A stretch of DNA of 64,000 nucleotides from an uncultured Clostridia bacterium (GCA_946409545.1 CAMJWT010000008.1:789-64788), one strand, 5' to 3'; positions 35,390 through 47,120 are shown, counted from the stretch's first letter. Translations and numbers: made by a program. Notes: generated by a model not told the origin, from the sequence alone.

Positions 35390-37696
35390 ATGGAAGAAAA
35401 ATCAAATACAAAGAAAATTGTCGGGGCGATAGTTGGATTATTACTTCTTCTTGTATTGGCAATACTATTACTAGGTCAAGGTGATACTTATGAAGTTAAG
35501 TTTGACTCAGCTGGTGGTAGTAAAGTTTCAACACAAAAAGTTAAATCAGGAGAAAAAGCTAAAAAGCCAAAAGATCCTACAAAAGATGGATATGAATTTG
35601 TTTTATGGGAAAACGATGGCGTTAGATATGATTTTAATGAAAAAGTAACAGAAGACCTTACTTTAAAAGCAACTTGGAAAGAGGCAATTAAGAAATATAA
35701 AGTAACATTTGAACTTGAAGGTAAGGAAGAAACTTTTGAATTAGAAAAACTAGATGAAGATGTTACAGGCTATCTTAAATTTGAAGATCGTGAAGGATAC
35801 GAAATAAGATGGTATGTTGGTGATGAAGAATATGATTTCTCAACACCACTTACAAAAGATGTTAAGTTAACTGGTAAATATGTTCAAACATCATCTTATA
35901 CAATTACATTCGATTCTGATGGTGGAAATAAGATAGATAGTCAAAAGATTGGTGTAGGAGAAAAAGTTAAAGAGCCTAAAGCACCAACGAAAAAAGGTTA
36001 TATCTTTGATGGATGGTATTATAACAATGCTAAATACGATTTCGAAGCAACAGTAAAACGTAGTATGAAATTAGTAGCACATTGGAAAGAAGATCCAAAT
36101 GTAAAAAGATTTAAAGTAACATTTAATACTGATAGTGGAACACCTGTTCCTCCAACGCAAACAGTTATGGATGGCGATAAAGCAACAAAACCTGCTAATC
36201 CAACAAAAAAAGGATTTGTTTTTGTTGATTGGGAATTAAATGGTACAGTTTATAACTTTAATTTAGCTGTAAAAGCAGATATTGAATTAAAAGCTAAATG
36301 GAGAGAAGCAGAAGTATATAAAGTAACATTTGATGCTGATAATGGTACACCTGTTACAACTCAAGAAGTTCAAGAAGGTGGAAAGGCAACAGCACCAGCT
36401 GCTCCTAAGAAAGATAAATCAATCTTTATTGAATGGAGACTTGATAATAAAAAATATGATTTCAATAAAGTAGTAACAAAAGATATTACTTTAAAAGCTT
36501 ATTACGAAAAAGAAGTGTATTATACATTAACTTATAATGCTAATGGTGGAACAGTAACACCAACAAGCAAAGAGTTGAAGAAACTTGATAAATACGGAAA
36601 TCTTCCAACTCCTACATATACAGGTTATACATTTGTTGGATGGTATACAGCAGCAAATGGTGGAACAGCAGTAAATGCTGAAACAACAATTAATGGAAAT
36701 ACAACAATTTATGCACATTGGACAAAGAATCCAGTAGCCGTACAAAGTATTAGTTTAAATAAAACTACAATGACTTTAAGAGTTGGATCTAGTGATACTC
36801 TAAGAGTTACATTTAATCCAACAGATGCATCAAATAAGACAATTACATGGTCTAGTAGTTCTAATGCTGCAACGGTTGATGCAAACGGTAAAGTTACTGC
36901 TAAAAGTGTAGGAACAGCTACAATTACAGCAACAAGTAATAATGGCAAAAAGGCAACATGTACCGTTACTGTTGAAGCAGTACCTGTAGATAGTGTATCT
37001 CTAAATAAGACAACATTAACTCTTAAGTTCGGTGAAACAAGTACATTAACAGCAACAGTTAAACCTGATAATGCTGGAGATAAGAATGTTACATGGACAA
37101 GTAGTGACAATACTGTTGCTACAGTTGATTCAAACGGAAAAGTAACTGCTCAAAGAAAACTTGGAACAGCTACAATTACAGCAACAAGTAATAATGGCAA
37201 AAAGGCAACATGTACTGTTACTGTAACGACAACATATAGATTAACATATAATGCTAATGGTGGAAGTGTTAACCCAGGATATAAGGACTTAAATAACGGT
37301 GCTCAATATGGAACTCTTCCAACACCAACAAGAAGTGGTTATAAATTTGATGGTTGGTATACTGCTGCAAGTGGTGGAACAAAAGTTAGCTCATCTACAA
37401 CAATAAGCGGAGATACAACAATATATGCTCATTGGGAAGAAATTGTTAATTATTACGTAATAGCTTCAAAAGTTGATAATTTTTCAACTGATTATACGTT
37501 AACGGTAAAAAGAAATTCAACTACAATGAGTCCAAGAGAAATTAGTAAAATTAAGAAACCAAGTGGTTCTACTATTTGGGAACAAGAAGACGGATCGTTA
37601 GTAGTTGCTAAACGTGATGTTGAAGGCTTAACTTCCCTTAAAATTGTTTTAGTAAGTGGAGGGGAGGTTACGGCTGATTTAACATTTAATAACTAA
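35390..37696 (+). CDS. cell-surface protein with N-terminal signal anchor, Listeria-Bacteroides (Flg_new-type) repeats and two Big_2 Ig-like domains
   Basis: 768 aa. Repeated (Y/F)xFDSxGGxxV..QxVxxGxKAxxPxxPTKxGYxFxxW modules (x6). Big_2-like SLNKTTxTLxxGxxxTLxxTxxPxxAxxKxxTWxSSxNxxATVDxNGKVTAxxxGTATITATSNNGKKATCTVTV (x2). Confidence 0.8.
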   Translation: MEEKSNTKKIVGAIVGLLLLLVLAILLLGQGDTYEVKFDSAGGSKVSTQKVKSGEKAKKPKDPTKDGYEFVLWENDGVRYDFNEKVTEDLTLKATWKEAIKKYKVTFELEGKEETFELEKLDEDVTGYLKFEDREGYEIRWYVGDEEYDFSTPLTKDVKLTGKYVQTSSYTITFDSDGGNKIDSQKIGVGEKVKEPKAPTKKGYIFDGWYYNNAKYDFEATVKRSMKLVAHWKEDPNVKRFKVTFNTDSGTPVPPTQTVMDGDKATKPANPTKKGFVFVDWELNGTVYNFNLAVKADIELKAKWREAEVYKVTFDADNGTPVTTQEVQEGGKATAPAAPKKDKSIFIEWRLDNKKYDFNKVVTKDITLKAYYEKEVYYTLTYNANGGTVTPTSKELKKLDKYGNLPTPTYTGYTFVGWYTAANGGTAVNAETTINGNTTIYAHWTKNPVAVQSISLNKTTMTLRVGSSDTLRVTFNPTDASNKTITWSSSSNAATVDANGKVTAKSVGTATITATSNNGKKATCTVTVEAVPVDSVSLNKTTLTLKFGETSTLTATVKPDNAGDKNVTWTSSDNTVATVDSNGKVTAQRKLGTATITATSNNGKKATCTVTVTTTYRLTYNANGGSVNPGYKDLNNGAQYGTLPTPTRSGYKFDGWYTAASGGTKVSSSTTISGDTTIYAHWEEIVNYYVIASKVDNFSTDYTLTVKRNSTTMSPREISKIKKPSGSTIWEQEDGSLVVAKRDVEGLTSLKIVLVSGGEVTADLTFNN

Positions 37697-37698
37697 TT

Positions 37699-38034
37699 AT
37701 GAAAAAGAAATATGTAGTAATAATTGCTTTGGTTATTTTATTACTCGGTGGAATAATATTTTTTGTCATTAGAAATGCTAAGGACGATGAAAGTAAAGCA
37801 GTATATACTGTTAAGGTGAGTCTGGTGGATGATAAATCCCCAGACCGAATCCTAACGGTATATAGAAATGATAAAAAAATTGAATATAAAGAAATTAGAA
37901 AAATGAATGGAACACTTTTGTGTGAATCTAATAATTCCGCAGTTTATTTCGGCGAGATAAAGAATGAAAGTAGTTTAAAAATAATTTTAAAAAATGATAA
38001 AGAAGTGGTTGCAAAGGTTATGAAAGGAGAATAA
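37699..38034 (+). CDS. small membrane-anchored protein translationally coupled between the two surface-protein genes
   Basis: 111 aa. N-terminal TM VVIIALVILLLGGIIFFVI. 2-nt gaps to both neighbouring genes. Confidence 0.55.
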   Translation: MKKKYVVIIALVILLLGGIIFFVIRNAKDDESKAVYTVKVSLVDDKSPDRILTVYRNDKKIEYKEIRKMNGTLLCESNNSAVYFGEIKNESSLKIILKNDKEVVAKVMKGE

Positions 38035-38036
38035 AT

Positions 38037-41000
38037 ATGAAGAAAAAAATATTATTATTCGTTATACTATTTGCTTTTACGTTAGTTGTTAATGTTGAAG
38101 CAAGAACTTGTTCAAATAATACTGGTTCTTGTACATATACTCCTCAAGAAATACGTAGTAGATCATATGTAATAGGTAAACACTTATTCACTCGTGCAGG
38201 TAGTAGCGTATATAGTGGTACATTAACTACACAATGGATAATGCTTGCATCAACGACTATAAGTGGCGAATCATTAAATGATAGAATTATTTATTACAAA
38301 GACAGTGATGGTATTTGGTGGAATGCAATCAACGATCAAGAGGTACAAGTTACCAGCGATTTTACGATTGAATATGAAAATGGTATTAAAATTCTATCTT
38401 CACCAACTTTATTTCTTGATTGGAATGAAGAAACTGACCCAAATGGATATAATAAGTATTTAATTAATAATGAGGGACTGTTATATGCTAACGTTAAGAT
38501 TGAAACATTTGATCAAAATGTAGATGGTTACGAAATATATGATAGTAATGATAATTTGAAAGCTTCAGGTCCAGTTACTGGGCCTCTTTCAATAGTTGGG
38601 AATGCAAATCAATCTGTTACGTTATATGCAAAGACATACAAATTGTATGGAGAAAATAAAATTTATAGTGAAAAATCTAATAATCTAGTATTAGACTTTA
38701 ATATGGTTATGCCTGCACCTACATTAGTTCAAGTTGAAAATGATGTTTTATATCATTACAATGAAGAAACAGGAATGATTGAAACAGATGTTAAAATTAC
38801 TTTACCAGAAGGTGCACTTGTAGATGGATATGATGTCTTTAAAGTGTCTGGAGTTGTTGTAGATAGTTCTGTTGCATCATCAAATGATCCTAATGCTAAT
38901 GCTGTTTTATCTAACGAATTAGGCCAAAGTGGAACTTATTATGCAAAAGCATATAGAGGCAGTGGTGATAATAAAGTATATGGTCCTAAATCAGAAGATA
39001 TACAACTAACATTTAGAAATGCTGCTCCAACAAAACCAGTATTAGTTCAAGATTATCAAACTGACTATTCTAAATATTTCGTTCAAGATGGTAAATTAGC
39101 CACAAAATTAAAGATTACATTACCAGAAAATGCTATTGCTGATGGATTTGATATTTATGAAAATGATGAACGTGTTAATGCAGAAGATATCGGTGTTGAT
39201 GGTATTGTAACAGTAACAAGTGATCCTGGTGTTGAAAGGACTTTCTGTGCTAAGACTTATGTAAAATATGGTTCTGCTGATAATTCTATTAAAGATTATA
39301 GTGAAGAAGATTGTCTAACACTTGACTTTGAAATGGTTATGGGTGAACCAACATTAGTAAAAGTTAGTGATGTTCGTTATGAAAATGGTCAAATGGCTAT
39401 TGATGTAAATGTTACATTAGAAGATGGATTAACTGTTGATGGTTATGAAATTTATGAACAATTAGATCCTCTTGGTACACCAATTGAAGGTAACTTTGGT
39501 ACACAAACAACTCTATATGATCAACTTGGAAGTACAAAGACAATATATGCTAGAACATTTGTTCAAGTTGGTAATCAAAGAGTATATAGTGATTTTACTT
39601 CACCTTTACAATTAACATTTAGAGGTGAAATTCCAACAACACCAAATTTAGTACAATGGTGGGATCAAAGTACTGATCAAGAAGGATATACAAAATACTA
39701 TGTAGAAAATGGTGTGTTATCTACTAAAGTTAGAATTGAATTACCTGATTCTTATGTAGGAACAGGATATGATATATTTGATGAAAATGATCAAGTAGTA
39801 AATGATCCTGATGTCGATGTTGACGTTATGGGATTCATAACATTAGCAGGAGAGAATGATACTCCAGCAAGATATTATGCTAAAACATATATTAAATATG
39901 GAAATGCTACTGATTATATTAAAGATTATAGTGAGAAATCAAATGTCTTATTATTAGACTTTGATAAAAAGGTACCAAAACCAACTTTAATTAATAGTGA
40001 TGAAGAATTCTATTATTTAGATGGTCAAATGGCTATTGATGCTCATATAACATTCCCAGCAGGTGCTCGTCCTGAGTATGCTGATGGATATGATGTATTT
40101 ATGGTAAGTGGATTAGTTGTAGATTCTGTTGTTGCAACTGGTTTACCTACAGCTGATGTAGTATTAAAAGGAGATTTAGGTTCAACTAAAACATTCTATG
40201 CAAAAGCTTATGTTATGGTTGGCGATGATAAAATTTATGGTGATAAATCAAGCGATTTAACATTAACATTTAGAAATGCGGCTCCAACAGTACCTACATT
40301 AGTACATGTTTATGATGAAAATGATACAGAAGGTTATTCAAAATATTATGTTATAGATGGTAAGATTAAAGCTAAAGTAAAACTTGCTTTACCAGATGAA
40401 TATATAGCTGATGGATATGATATCTTCGATCAAAATAATGAAATTATTAACACTAGTGAACTTGGTGTTGATGATGTTACTTATGTAACTGGTTCTTATG
40501 ATATAACATCAGAATATTATGCTAAAACATATAAGAAATATGGAACATTAAAAGATTATAGTGATGAAGCAGCTGAACTTTCACTTGACTTTGATTTAGT
40601 TATGCCAACACCAACATTACTTCAAAGTAATGAAGATGATGATGCATTCTATTTCGATGAAGAAAAAGGTATGCTTGCAACAAAAGCTTACATAACAGTA
40701 CCTAATAATGCTGTTATAGAAAATATTAGTGGATATGAAGTTTATGAACAATTAGTTCCAAATGCTGATCCAGTAGTTGGTACTTACGGTGAGAATGTAA
40801 CTTTATATGGAAATGTTGCAGATACAAAAACGTTCTATGCTGTTACTTATACAGTAATAGATGGTGTTAAAGTATATAGTGAAAACTCTACAGCATTATC
40901 ATTAACATTTAGAAACTTTATTCCAACAAAACCTGAATTAGTTCTAAGTTGGAATGAAAATGATGATCCAGATGGATATACAAAATACTTTGTAGAAAAT

Positions 41001-44000
41001 GGTAAGTTATCTGCTTATGTTAAAGCAAATATACCTGAATCTGGTTTCGCTCATGGATATGATGTTTTTGATGAAAACGATGTAAGTGTTAATACTATTG
41101 ATGTTGATACTGAAGGAACAGTATTAATTTCTGGATTAGCTAATACACCAAAAACATATTATGCAAAAACATATATTAAATATGGAACAGGTGCAAATGC
41201 TGTTAAAGATTATAGTGAAGCATCAAGTACTTTAACACTTGACTTCAATAAAAAAATGCCAACTCCAACATTAGTAAAAGTTGATGATGAGTTCCGTTTC
41301 GATAATGGATTAATGGCAATAGATGTTAAGATTAATGAATTACCTAGTGCATCAGAAGTTGATGGTTACGATGTATTCGAAGGAAATGATGTTGTTGCAA
41401 CTGGTACTAGAACAGGAAGTGTAACCTTAAAAGCTAATTTAGGTGCAACTAAGACATATTATGCAAAAACATATGTAATGGTTGGAGAAGATAAATTATA
41501 TAGTACTGAATCTGAAGACTTAACATTAACATTTAGAAATGGCGTTCCAACTAAACCAACATTATTACTTGGATGGAATGAAGAAGATGATCCAGAAGGT
41601 TATACAAAATATTCTGTTTATAATAATCAATTAGCAACTCTTGTATATATTGAATTACCTGAGAATGCTATTGCTGATGGATATGATATTTTTGATGCCA
41701 ATAATCAAATAGTTAATCAAGAAGAATTAATTCCAAGTGCCCTTGCGGTAGTTATTGGAGAACCTGAACAACTTGCAACATATTATGCAAAAACATATAA
41801 GAAATATGGAACAGGTGCAAATGCTTTAAAAGATTATAGTGAAGAATCTACTCCATTAACTCTTGACTTCCATTTGGTTGTACCAAAACCAACATTAGTT
41901 CAAGATGAAGTTCAAGGTGACTTATATTTCTATGATGAAACTAAGAATATGTTAGGAACAGATGTTCATATAACATTCCCAAATGATGTTAATACAAGTA
42001 ATATTACTGGTTATGATATATTTGAATCTCTTGCTCCAAATGCTGAACCAATAACAGGTATTATTAATGAATCAACAACTGTTTATGGTGAATTAAAAGA
42101 TACTAAGATGTTCTATGCAAGAGCTTATGTTCAAGTTGGAACACATAAAATTTATAGTGATCTTTCAACTGGATTAGAATTAACATTTAGAAATGCTGCT
42201 CCAACTCCAGTAAGTAGATTCGAACAAAGTGTTGATCTTATTCGTGAAGAGGATCCAACTTATGATCCAGAAGGATATTCAAAATACTTTGCACAAGATG
42301 GCAAAGTTGCTACAAATGTATATGCAATTTTACCAGAAACATATAACGCAGATGGTTATGATGTATTTAAAGTAGTTAATGATGGTGATGATATACTTGT
42401 TGTAGAAAATAATGTAATCGGTGGAAATTCACCAGTTATTGAAGAAAATTTAAATACAACTGCAACATATTATGCAAAAACATATAAAAAATATGGTACT
42501 ACAAATCCTATTAAGGATTATAGTGAAGCAAGCGAAATGCTTGAACTTAATTTCCAATTAAAATTACCAAAACCAACTTTAGTTCAAGTTGACGATGAAT
42601 TTGTTTATGCAAATGGACAAATGTCAACTGAAGTAACAATGGAATTACCTGATGAAGCAGAATTCGCAATGTTAAATGGTTATGATATATTCGAATCCCT
42701 TGCTCCAAATGCTACTCCAATTGAAGGTGATACACCTACAACTGTTTATGGTAATTTAGGAGAAACGAAGATCTTCTATGCAAGAACTTATGTTGAATTA
42801 GGAGATGAAAAAATATATAGTGATTTCTCAACTGGATTAGAATTAACATTTAGAAATGTTGTTCCAACACAACCTGAATTAGTTCTAAGTTGGGATTCAG
42901 AATTTGATCCAAATGGATATACTAAATACTTTGTAGATGGTGATAAGATTGTTGCAAATCTATATGCTGACTTACCTAATAACGCAAATGCTGATGGATA
43001 TGATGTATTTAAAGTAGTTACTGATGGTGACGATATCCTTGTTGCTGAAAATGTTAGAGTAGGTAATGCTGCAAGAGTAATGGAACTTCCTGATACAAAT
43101 GCTTCATATTATGCAAAAGCATATGTTAAATATGGATCTGGAAATGACGTTGCTAAAGATTATAGTACAAAATCTAATAATGTAGATCTTGATTTCCATA
43201 AAATTTTACCTACACCTCAATTAGCTCAACATAATGATGGTGAAAACTTATTCTATTATGATGCTACAAGAGAAATGATGGCAACAAACCTTGAAATGTC
43301 ATTAGATAATGATATGTTTACAGATTACATTGATGGTTATGATGTATTTGAAAACTTAAATGGTAATCCAATTGCATCAGGAGCTTATAGTGATTTATTA
43401 ACTGTATATGCTCCAATAAATGCAACTAAGACATACTATGCTAAGACATATGTTACATATATAAGTGGTGTAGATGAAAATGATCAAGAAATCATTTCCA
43501 AGATTTACAGTAGTGAATCACAACCTTTAACATTAACATTTACTGCTTCAGTTCCAGAAGCACCAACACTTGCTCTAGATTGGAACAATGTTGATGATCC
43601 AAATGGATATACAAAATATTATGTTAATGAAGGTAAGTTATATACAGATGTAAGTCTTGTATTACCTCAAAATTCAAATGATAATGATGCTGATGGATAC
43701 GATGTATTCGAAGGAGATACTTTACTTGCAAGCGCTCAATCATTTGATGAACATCTTGCAATTGAAGGAACATATGAAACTTCAAAAACAATCTATGCAA
43801 AAGCATATAAGAAATATGGTAATGCTAAGATTTATAGTGCTGCTTCTAATGAATTAACTCTTGATTATGTATTAATTGTTCCTACACCAGAGTTTGTTCA
43901 TGATTGGAACAATGTTGATGATCCAAATGGATATAACAAGTTCTATTATGATGATAGAGAACGTAAGATGGCTGCTGATGTAAGCATTAATTATAGTTCT

Positions 44001-47000
44001 AGTGTTGTTCATGGAAATATAGATGGATATATTGTTTATGGTTCAAATGGTAGTACTAAACCAACACCAGTTGTAACAGCAACAGCACTTGATCAACATG
44101 TTTCTGTTTATGGAACAATTGGTGAAGAAATGACATATACTGCAAAAGCATATGTAAATATTGGAGAACAAAAAGTATTAAGTTCTAATTCTCAACCATT
44201 AGTATTTGATTTCAAGAATAATTTACCAAAACTTGTATTAAAGGTAAAAGATGGTAGAGAGCCATTAAAACCTTATGTAATTCTTAATAAAGAAGAATTC
44301 TGTACAAATGATAATTGTATGGTAGATAGTGTTGAATTCTTTGAATATGGTAAAGCATCATTACCAGGTTTAGGTGGAGATATTTATACACCAATTGAAT
44401 TAGATTATGCAAGTTCAAGTAACAATGGTCCATTAGATAATCGTGTTTACGATGTACCTAATGTTAAGAAGAGTATTACAGCTAGAGCGGTAGTTAAATA
44501 TGATAGAAATAACATTCTATATGGTGACTATGCTGAGGCAGTTAAAGTTGATACAGAAATTCCTGTACCAGGACTAGATATAAGAAATGTTGATTGTAGT
44601 AGTGGAGACACATGTACAATTTATGATGTAGGTAGTCCAATTCTTGAAACAACATACTTCATTAAAGATGAAGAAAATCCAGTATACTATTATGACTATA
44701 TGGATTTATTCGAAGAAGGTGTAACTGAACCAGTACTTGTAGGTATTCCAACAGGTGCTACTAGAGAATTAAATGGAATCGAAGTTTTATCAACAAAGAA
44801 TTATTATGCTAAAGCATATGTAATGTATAATGGTGAAAAGGTATATAGTAATCCAACAGAAACACAAACAGTAACATTCAATTATGAGATTGCTACACCA
44901 ACATTAAGTGAAAACGGTCATCCTGCACCATATGTACTATTTGTTGGTATTAATGCTGATGATTATTTAATTAGTAATGAAGAACCACTTACATATAAGA
45001 TTGATGGATTCAAATTATATGAAAAAAATGGAGATGAATATGTAGAAGTTGATTTACCACATGAAACAGATGCTAATGATATGAGAGATAATCGTATCTT
45101 TAGTGAAATTGATGTAGTTAAAACATATTATGCAAGAGCATATAAGACATTTGGTAATAAGACAGTTTATAGTGAATATTCAAATCCAGTTGTATTTGAA
45201 TTACATGTACCAAAACCAACTATTGCTACACCTGATCCAGTAGTATGTAGTGGTATGACATGTAGTATTGATATTGGAAGTCCAATTACTACAACTAATA
45301 CATATTATTTAGATAATGAAGATCCAGATAATAATGTTTATTACTATGACAAGATGGATTTATTCGATGATGAAACTGATGAATTAGTATTAGCTGATAT
45401 CCCTACAGGTGGTGTAAAAGCATTAGAAAATGTACCAAGAGGTTCTATTAAGACATATTATGCTAAAGCATATGTAATGAATGGAACTCAAAAGATTTAC
45501 AGTCAAGAATCAGAACCTGTAACTATCACATTTAGAGCTAATGTTGCTCCAATCGATTTCAAAACAGCTACAAAGATTGATGTAACAAATGCTACATCAA
45601 GTGATAATCCAGGTATTACTGCTAATATTAATAAATATGATGTAACAAAAGATGGAAATACAATCACTGTTACTGATAGAAGAATAATCCCTTATATAGG
45701 TGGAAATATTCCTACAGCTAAGAAGTGGGTGGGAATCCTAGTTGATCTTGGAGTAAAAGTTCAAGGTACAACATATACAATTGAAGCTGTTGACTATGCT
45801 GATGCCCAACGTTGGGGTGCAACAAATGATACAACCTTCATTATGTGGTTAACAACAGAACAAGGAGGAACATTTACATTCACTAATGTTGATGAACCAA
45901 CAGATACAATTAATATAACAGTTACTTTTGAAGAAGATTTCCCAGTTGCTAACTTAGCAAATGTATCTGTAATAAATGCAGAGAATGCAGTGTCTGGAGA
46001 TAATCCAGGCATTGCAATCAATGCTGATAAATATACAGTATCTAAAGATGGAACAACAATAACTGTTTATGATAATGGAATTGTTCCATATGTAGGTGGA
46101 AATATTGCAACACCTAAAAAATGGGTAGGAATCCTCGTTGATTTAGGTGTTAAAGTAGTAGGAACTGGAAACTATGGAATAAATAACGAAGATTACGCTG
46201 ATGCTCAACGTTGGGGAGCTACAAATGATACAACCTTCATTATGTGGTTAACAACAGAGCAAGGTGGAACTTTCTCATTTGCTAATGTTGATGATGCAAA
46301 TGATACAATCAATGTAACTGTAAGATTTGTTAATCCAATCTCATTTGAGAGTGCTACCAAGATTAGTGGAGATAATATAGCTCCAACTGATAATCAAGGT
46401 ATTGCTAATAATATTGATAAATATACAGTTACAAAAGATGAGAATACAATTACTATCAAGAATAATGGTTTAACTCCTTATGTTGGTGGTAATACATCTA
46501 CTCCAATGAAATGGGTAGGAATTCTCGTTGATTTAGGAGTAAAAGTTCGTGGATCAAATTATACAATAGAAGATATTGATTATAGTGATGCCCAAAGATG
46601 GGGAGCAACAAATGATACAACATTTGTTATGTGGTTAACTACAGAGAGTGCTGGTAATTATACCTTCACTAATGTAGATAATCCTAATGATAGTATCACA
46701 ATAACCGTTGTTGTTGACGATATCCCAGCTATTAGATTTAAAAGTGCAACACCAATAAGTATAAATGGTATGACAGAAACTGATAATCCAGGTATTGCTC
46801 AAAATGCTGGAAAATATACAGTAGCAATTGGTGTAAATGCTTTCACTATTACGGATAATGGTTTAACAGCATACGTAGGTGGAAATAGTACGGAACCAAA
46901 AAAATGGGTAGGTGTATTAGTTGATTTAGGAGCAAAAGTTCAAGGTGTTCAATATCATATTGAACCTGAAGATTATGCTGATGCTCAAAGATGGGGCGCT

Positions 47001-47120
47001 ACTAATGATACAACATTCGTTATGTGGTTATCTCATGAAACTGGCACTAATCGTACAATCATTTTCCAAAATGTTGAAAATCCTAACGATTCAATTTCAC
47101 TTGTTGTAAAATTCAAATAA
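38037..47120 (+). CDS. giant secreted repeat protein (3027 aa) with cleavable signal peptide, ~9 alternating two-module ~190-aa repeats, a distinct middle repeat pair, and 4 C-terminal ~125-aa repeats
   Basis: MKKKILLFVILFAFTLVVNVEA signal peptide. Repeats end in ...YYAKTY(K/I)KYG...DYSE.S..L.LDF and ...TFRNAAPT.P.LV. C-terminal repeats carry RWGATNDTTF(I/V)MWLTTE. No C-terminal anchor. Confidence 0.85.
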   Translation: MKKKILLFVILFAFTLVVNVEARTCSNNTGSCTYTPQEIRSRSYVIGKHLFTRAGSSVYSGTLTTQWIMLASTTISGESLNDRIIYYKDSDGIWWNAINDQEVQVTSDFTIEYENGIKILSSPTLFLDWNEETDPNGYNKYLINNEGLLYANVKIETFDQNVDGYEIYDSNDNLKASGPVTGPLSIVGNANQSVTLYAKTYKLYGENKIYSEKSNNLVLDFNMVMPAPTLVQVENDVLYHYNEETGMIETDVKITLPEGALVDGYDVFKVSGVVVDSSVASSNDPNANAVLSNELGQSGTYYAKAYRGSGDNKVYGPKSEDIQLTFRNAAPTKPVLVQDYQTDYSKYFVQDGKLATKLKITLPENAIADGFDIYENDERVNAEDIGVDGIVTVTSDPGVERTFCAKTYVKYGSADNSIKDYSEEDCLTLDFEMVMGEPTLVKVSDVRYENGQMAIDVNVTLEDGLTVDGYEIYEQLDPLGTPIEGNFGTQTTLYDQLGSTKTIYARTFVQVGNQRVYSDFTSPLQLTFRGEIPTTPNLVQWWDQSTDQEGYTKYYVENGVLSTKVRIELPDSYVGTGYDIFDENDQVVNDPDVDVDVMGFITLAGENDTPARYYAKTYIKYGNATDYIKDYSEKSNVLLLDFDKKVPKPTLINSDEEFYYLDGQMAIDAHITFPAGARPEYADGYDVFMVSGLVVDSVVATGLPTADVVLKGDLGSTKTFYAKAYVMVGDDKIYGDKSSDLTLTFRNAAPTVPTLVHVYDENDTEGYSKYYVIDGKIKAKVKLALPDEYIADGYDIFDQNNEIINTSELGVDDVTYVTGSYDITSEYYAKTYKKYGTLKDYSDEAAELSLDFDLVMPTPTLLQSNEDDDAFYFDEEKGMLATKAYITVPNNAVIENISGYEVYEQLVPNADPVVGTYGENVTLYGNVADTKTFYAVTYTVIDGVKVYSENSTALSLTFRNFIPTKPELVLSWNENDDPDGYTKYFVENGKLSAYVKANIPESGFAHGYDVFDENDVSVNTIDVDTEGTVLISGLANTPKTYYAKTYIKYGTGANAVKDYSEASSTLTLDFNKKMPTPTLVKVDDEFRFDNGLMAIDVKINELPSASEVDGYDVFEGNDVVATGTRTGSVTLKANLGATKTYYAKTYVMVGEDKLYSTESEDLTLTFRNGVPTKPTLLLGWNEEDDPEGYTKYSVYNNQLATLVYIELPENAIADGYDIFDANNQIVNQEELIPSALAVVIGEPEQLATYYAKTYKKYGTGANALKDYSEESTPLTLDFHLVVPKPTLVQDEVQGDLYFYDETKNMLGTDVHITFPNDVNTSNITGYDIFESLAPNAEPITGIINESTTVYGELKDTKMFYARAYVQVGTHKIYSDLSTGLELTFRNAAPTPVSRFEQSVDLIREEDPTYDPEGYSKYFAQDGKVATNVYAILPETYNADGYDVFKVVNDGDDILVVENNVIGGNSPVIEENLNTTATYYAKTYKKYGTTNPIKDYSEASEMLELNFQLKLPKPTLVQVDDEFVYANGQMSTEVTMELPDEAEFAMLNGYDIFESLAPNATPIEGDTPTTVYGNLGETKIFYARTYVELGDEKIYSDFSTGLELTFRNVVPTQPELVLSWDSEFDPNGYTKYFVDGDKIVANLYADLPNNANADGYDVFKVVTDGDDILVAENVRVGNAARVMELPDTNASYYAKAYVKYGSGNDVAKDYSTKSNNVDLDFHKILPTPQLAQHNDGENLFYYDATREMMATNLEMSLDNDMFTDYIDGYDVFENLNGNPIASGAYSDLLTVYAPINATKTYYAKTYVTYISGVDENDQEIISKIYSSESQPLTLTFTASVPEAPTLALDWNNVDDPNGYTKYYVNEGKLYTDVSLVLPQNSNDNDADGYDVFEGDTLLASAQSFDEHLAIEGTYETSKTIYAKAYKKYGNAKIYSAASNELTLDYVLIVPTPEFVHDWNNVDDPNGYNKFYYDDRERKMAADVSINYSSSVVHGNIDGYIVYGSNGSTKPTPVVTATALDQHVSVYGTIGEEMTYTAKAYVNIGEQKVLSSNSQPLVFDFKNNLPKLVLKVKDGREPLKPYVILNKEEFCTNDNCMVDSVEFFEYGKASLPGLGGDIYTPIELDYASSSNNGPLDNRVYDVPNVKKSITARAVVKYDRNNILYGDYAEAVKVDTEIPVPGLDIRNVDCSSGDTCTIYDVGSPILETTYFIKDEENPVYYYDYMDLFEEGVTEPVLVGIPTGATRELNGIEVLSTKNYYAKAYVMYNGEKVYSNPTETQTVTFNYEIATPTLSENGHPAPYVLFVGINADDYLISNEEPLTYKIDGFKLYEKNGDEYVEVDLPHETDANDMRDNRIFSEIDVVKTYYARAYKTFGNKTVYSEYSNPVVFELHVPKPTIATPDPVVCSGMTCSIDIGSPITTTNTYYLDNEDPDNNVYYYDKMDLFDDETDELVLADIPTGGVKALENVPRGSIKTYYAKAYVMNGTQKIYSQESEPVTITFRANVAPIDFKTATKIDVTNATSSDNPGITANINKYDVTKDGNTITVTDRRIIPYIGGNIPTAKKWVGILVDLGVKVQGTTYTIEAVDYADAQRWGATNDTTFIMWLTTEQGGTFTFTNVDEPTDTINITVTFEEDFPVANLANVSVINAENAVSGDNPGIAINADKYTVSKDGTTITVYDNGIVPYVGGNIATPKKWVGILVDLGVKVVGTGNYGINNEDYADAQRWGATNDTTFIMWLTTEQGGTFSFANVDDANDTINVTVRFVNPISFESATKISGDNIAPTDNQGIANNIDKYTVTKDENTITIKNNGLTPYVGGNTSTPMKWVGILVDLGVKVRGSNYTIEDIDYSDAQRWGATNDTTFVMWLTTESAGNYTFTNVDNPNDSITITVVVDDIPAIRFKSATPISINGMTETDNPGIAQNAGKYTVAIGVNAFTITDNGLTAYVGGNSTEPKKWVGVLVDLGAKVQGVQYHIEPEDYADAQRWGATNDTTFVMWLSHETGTNRTIIFQNVENPNDSISLVVKFK

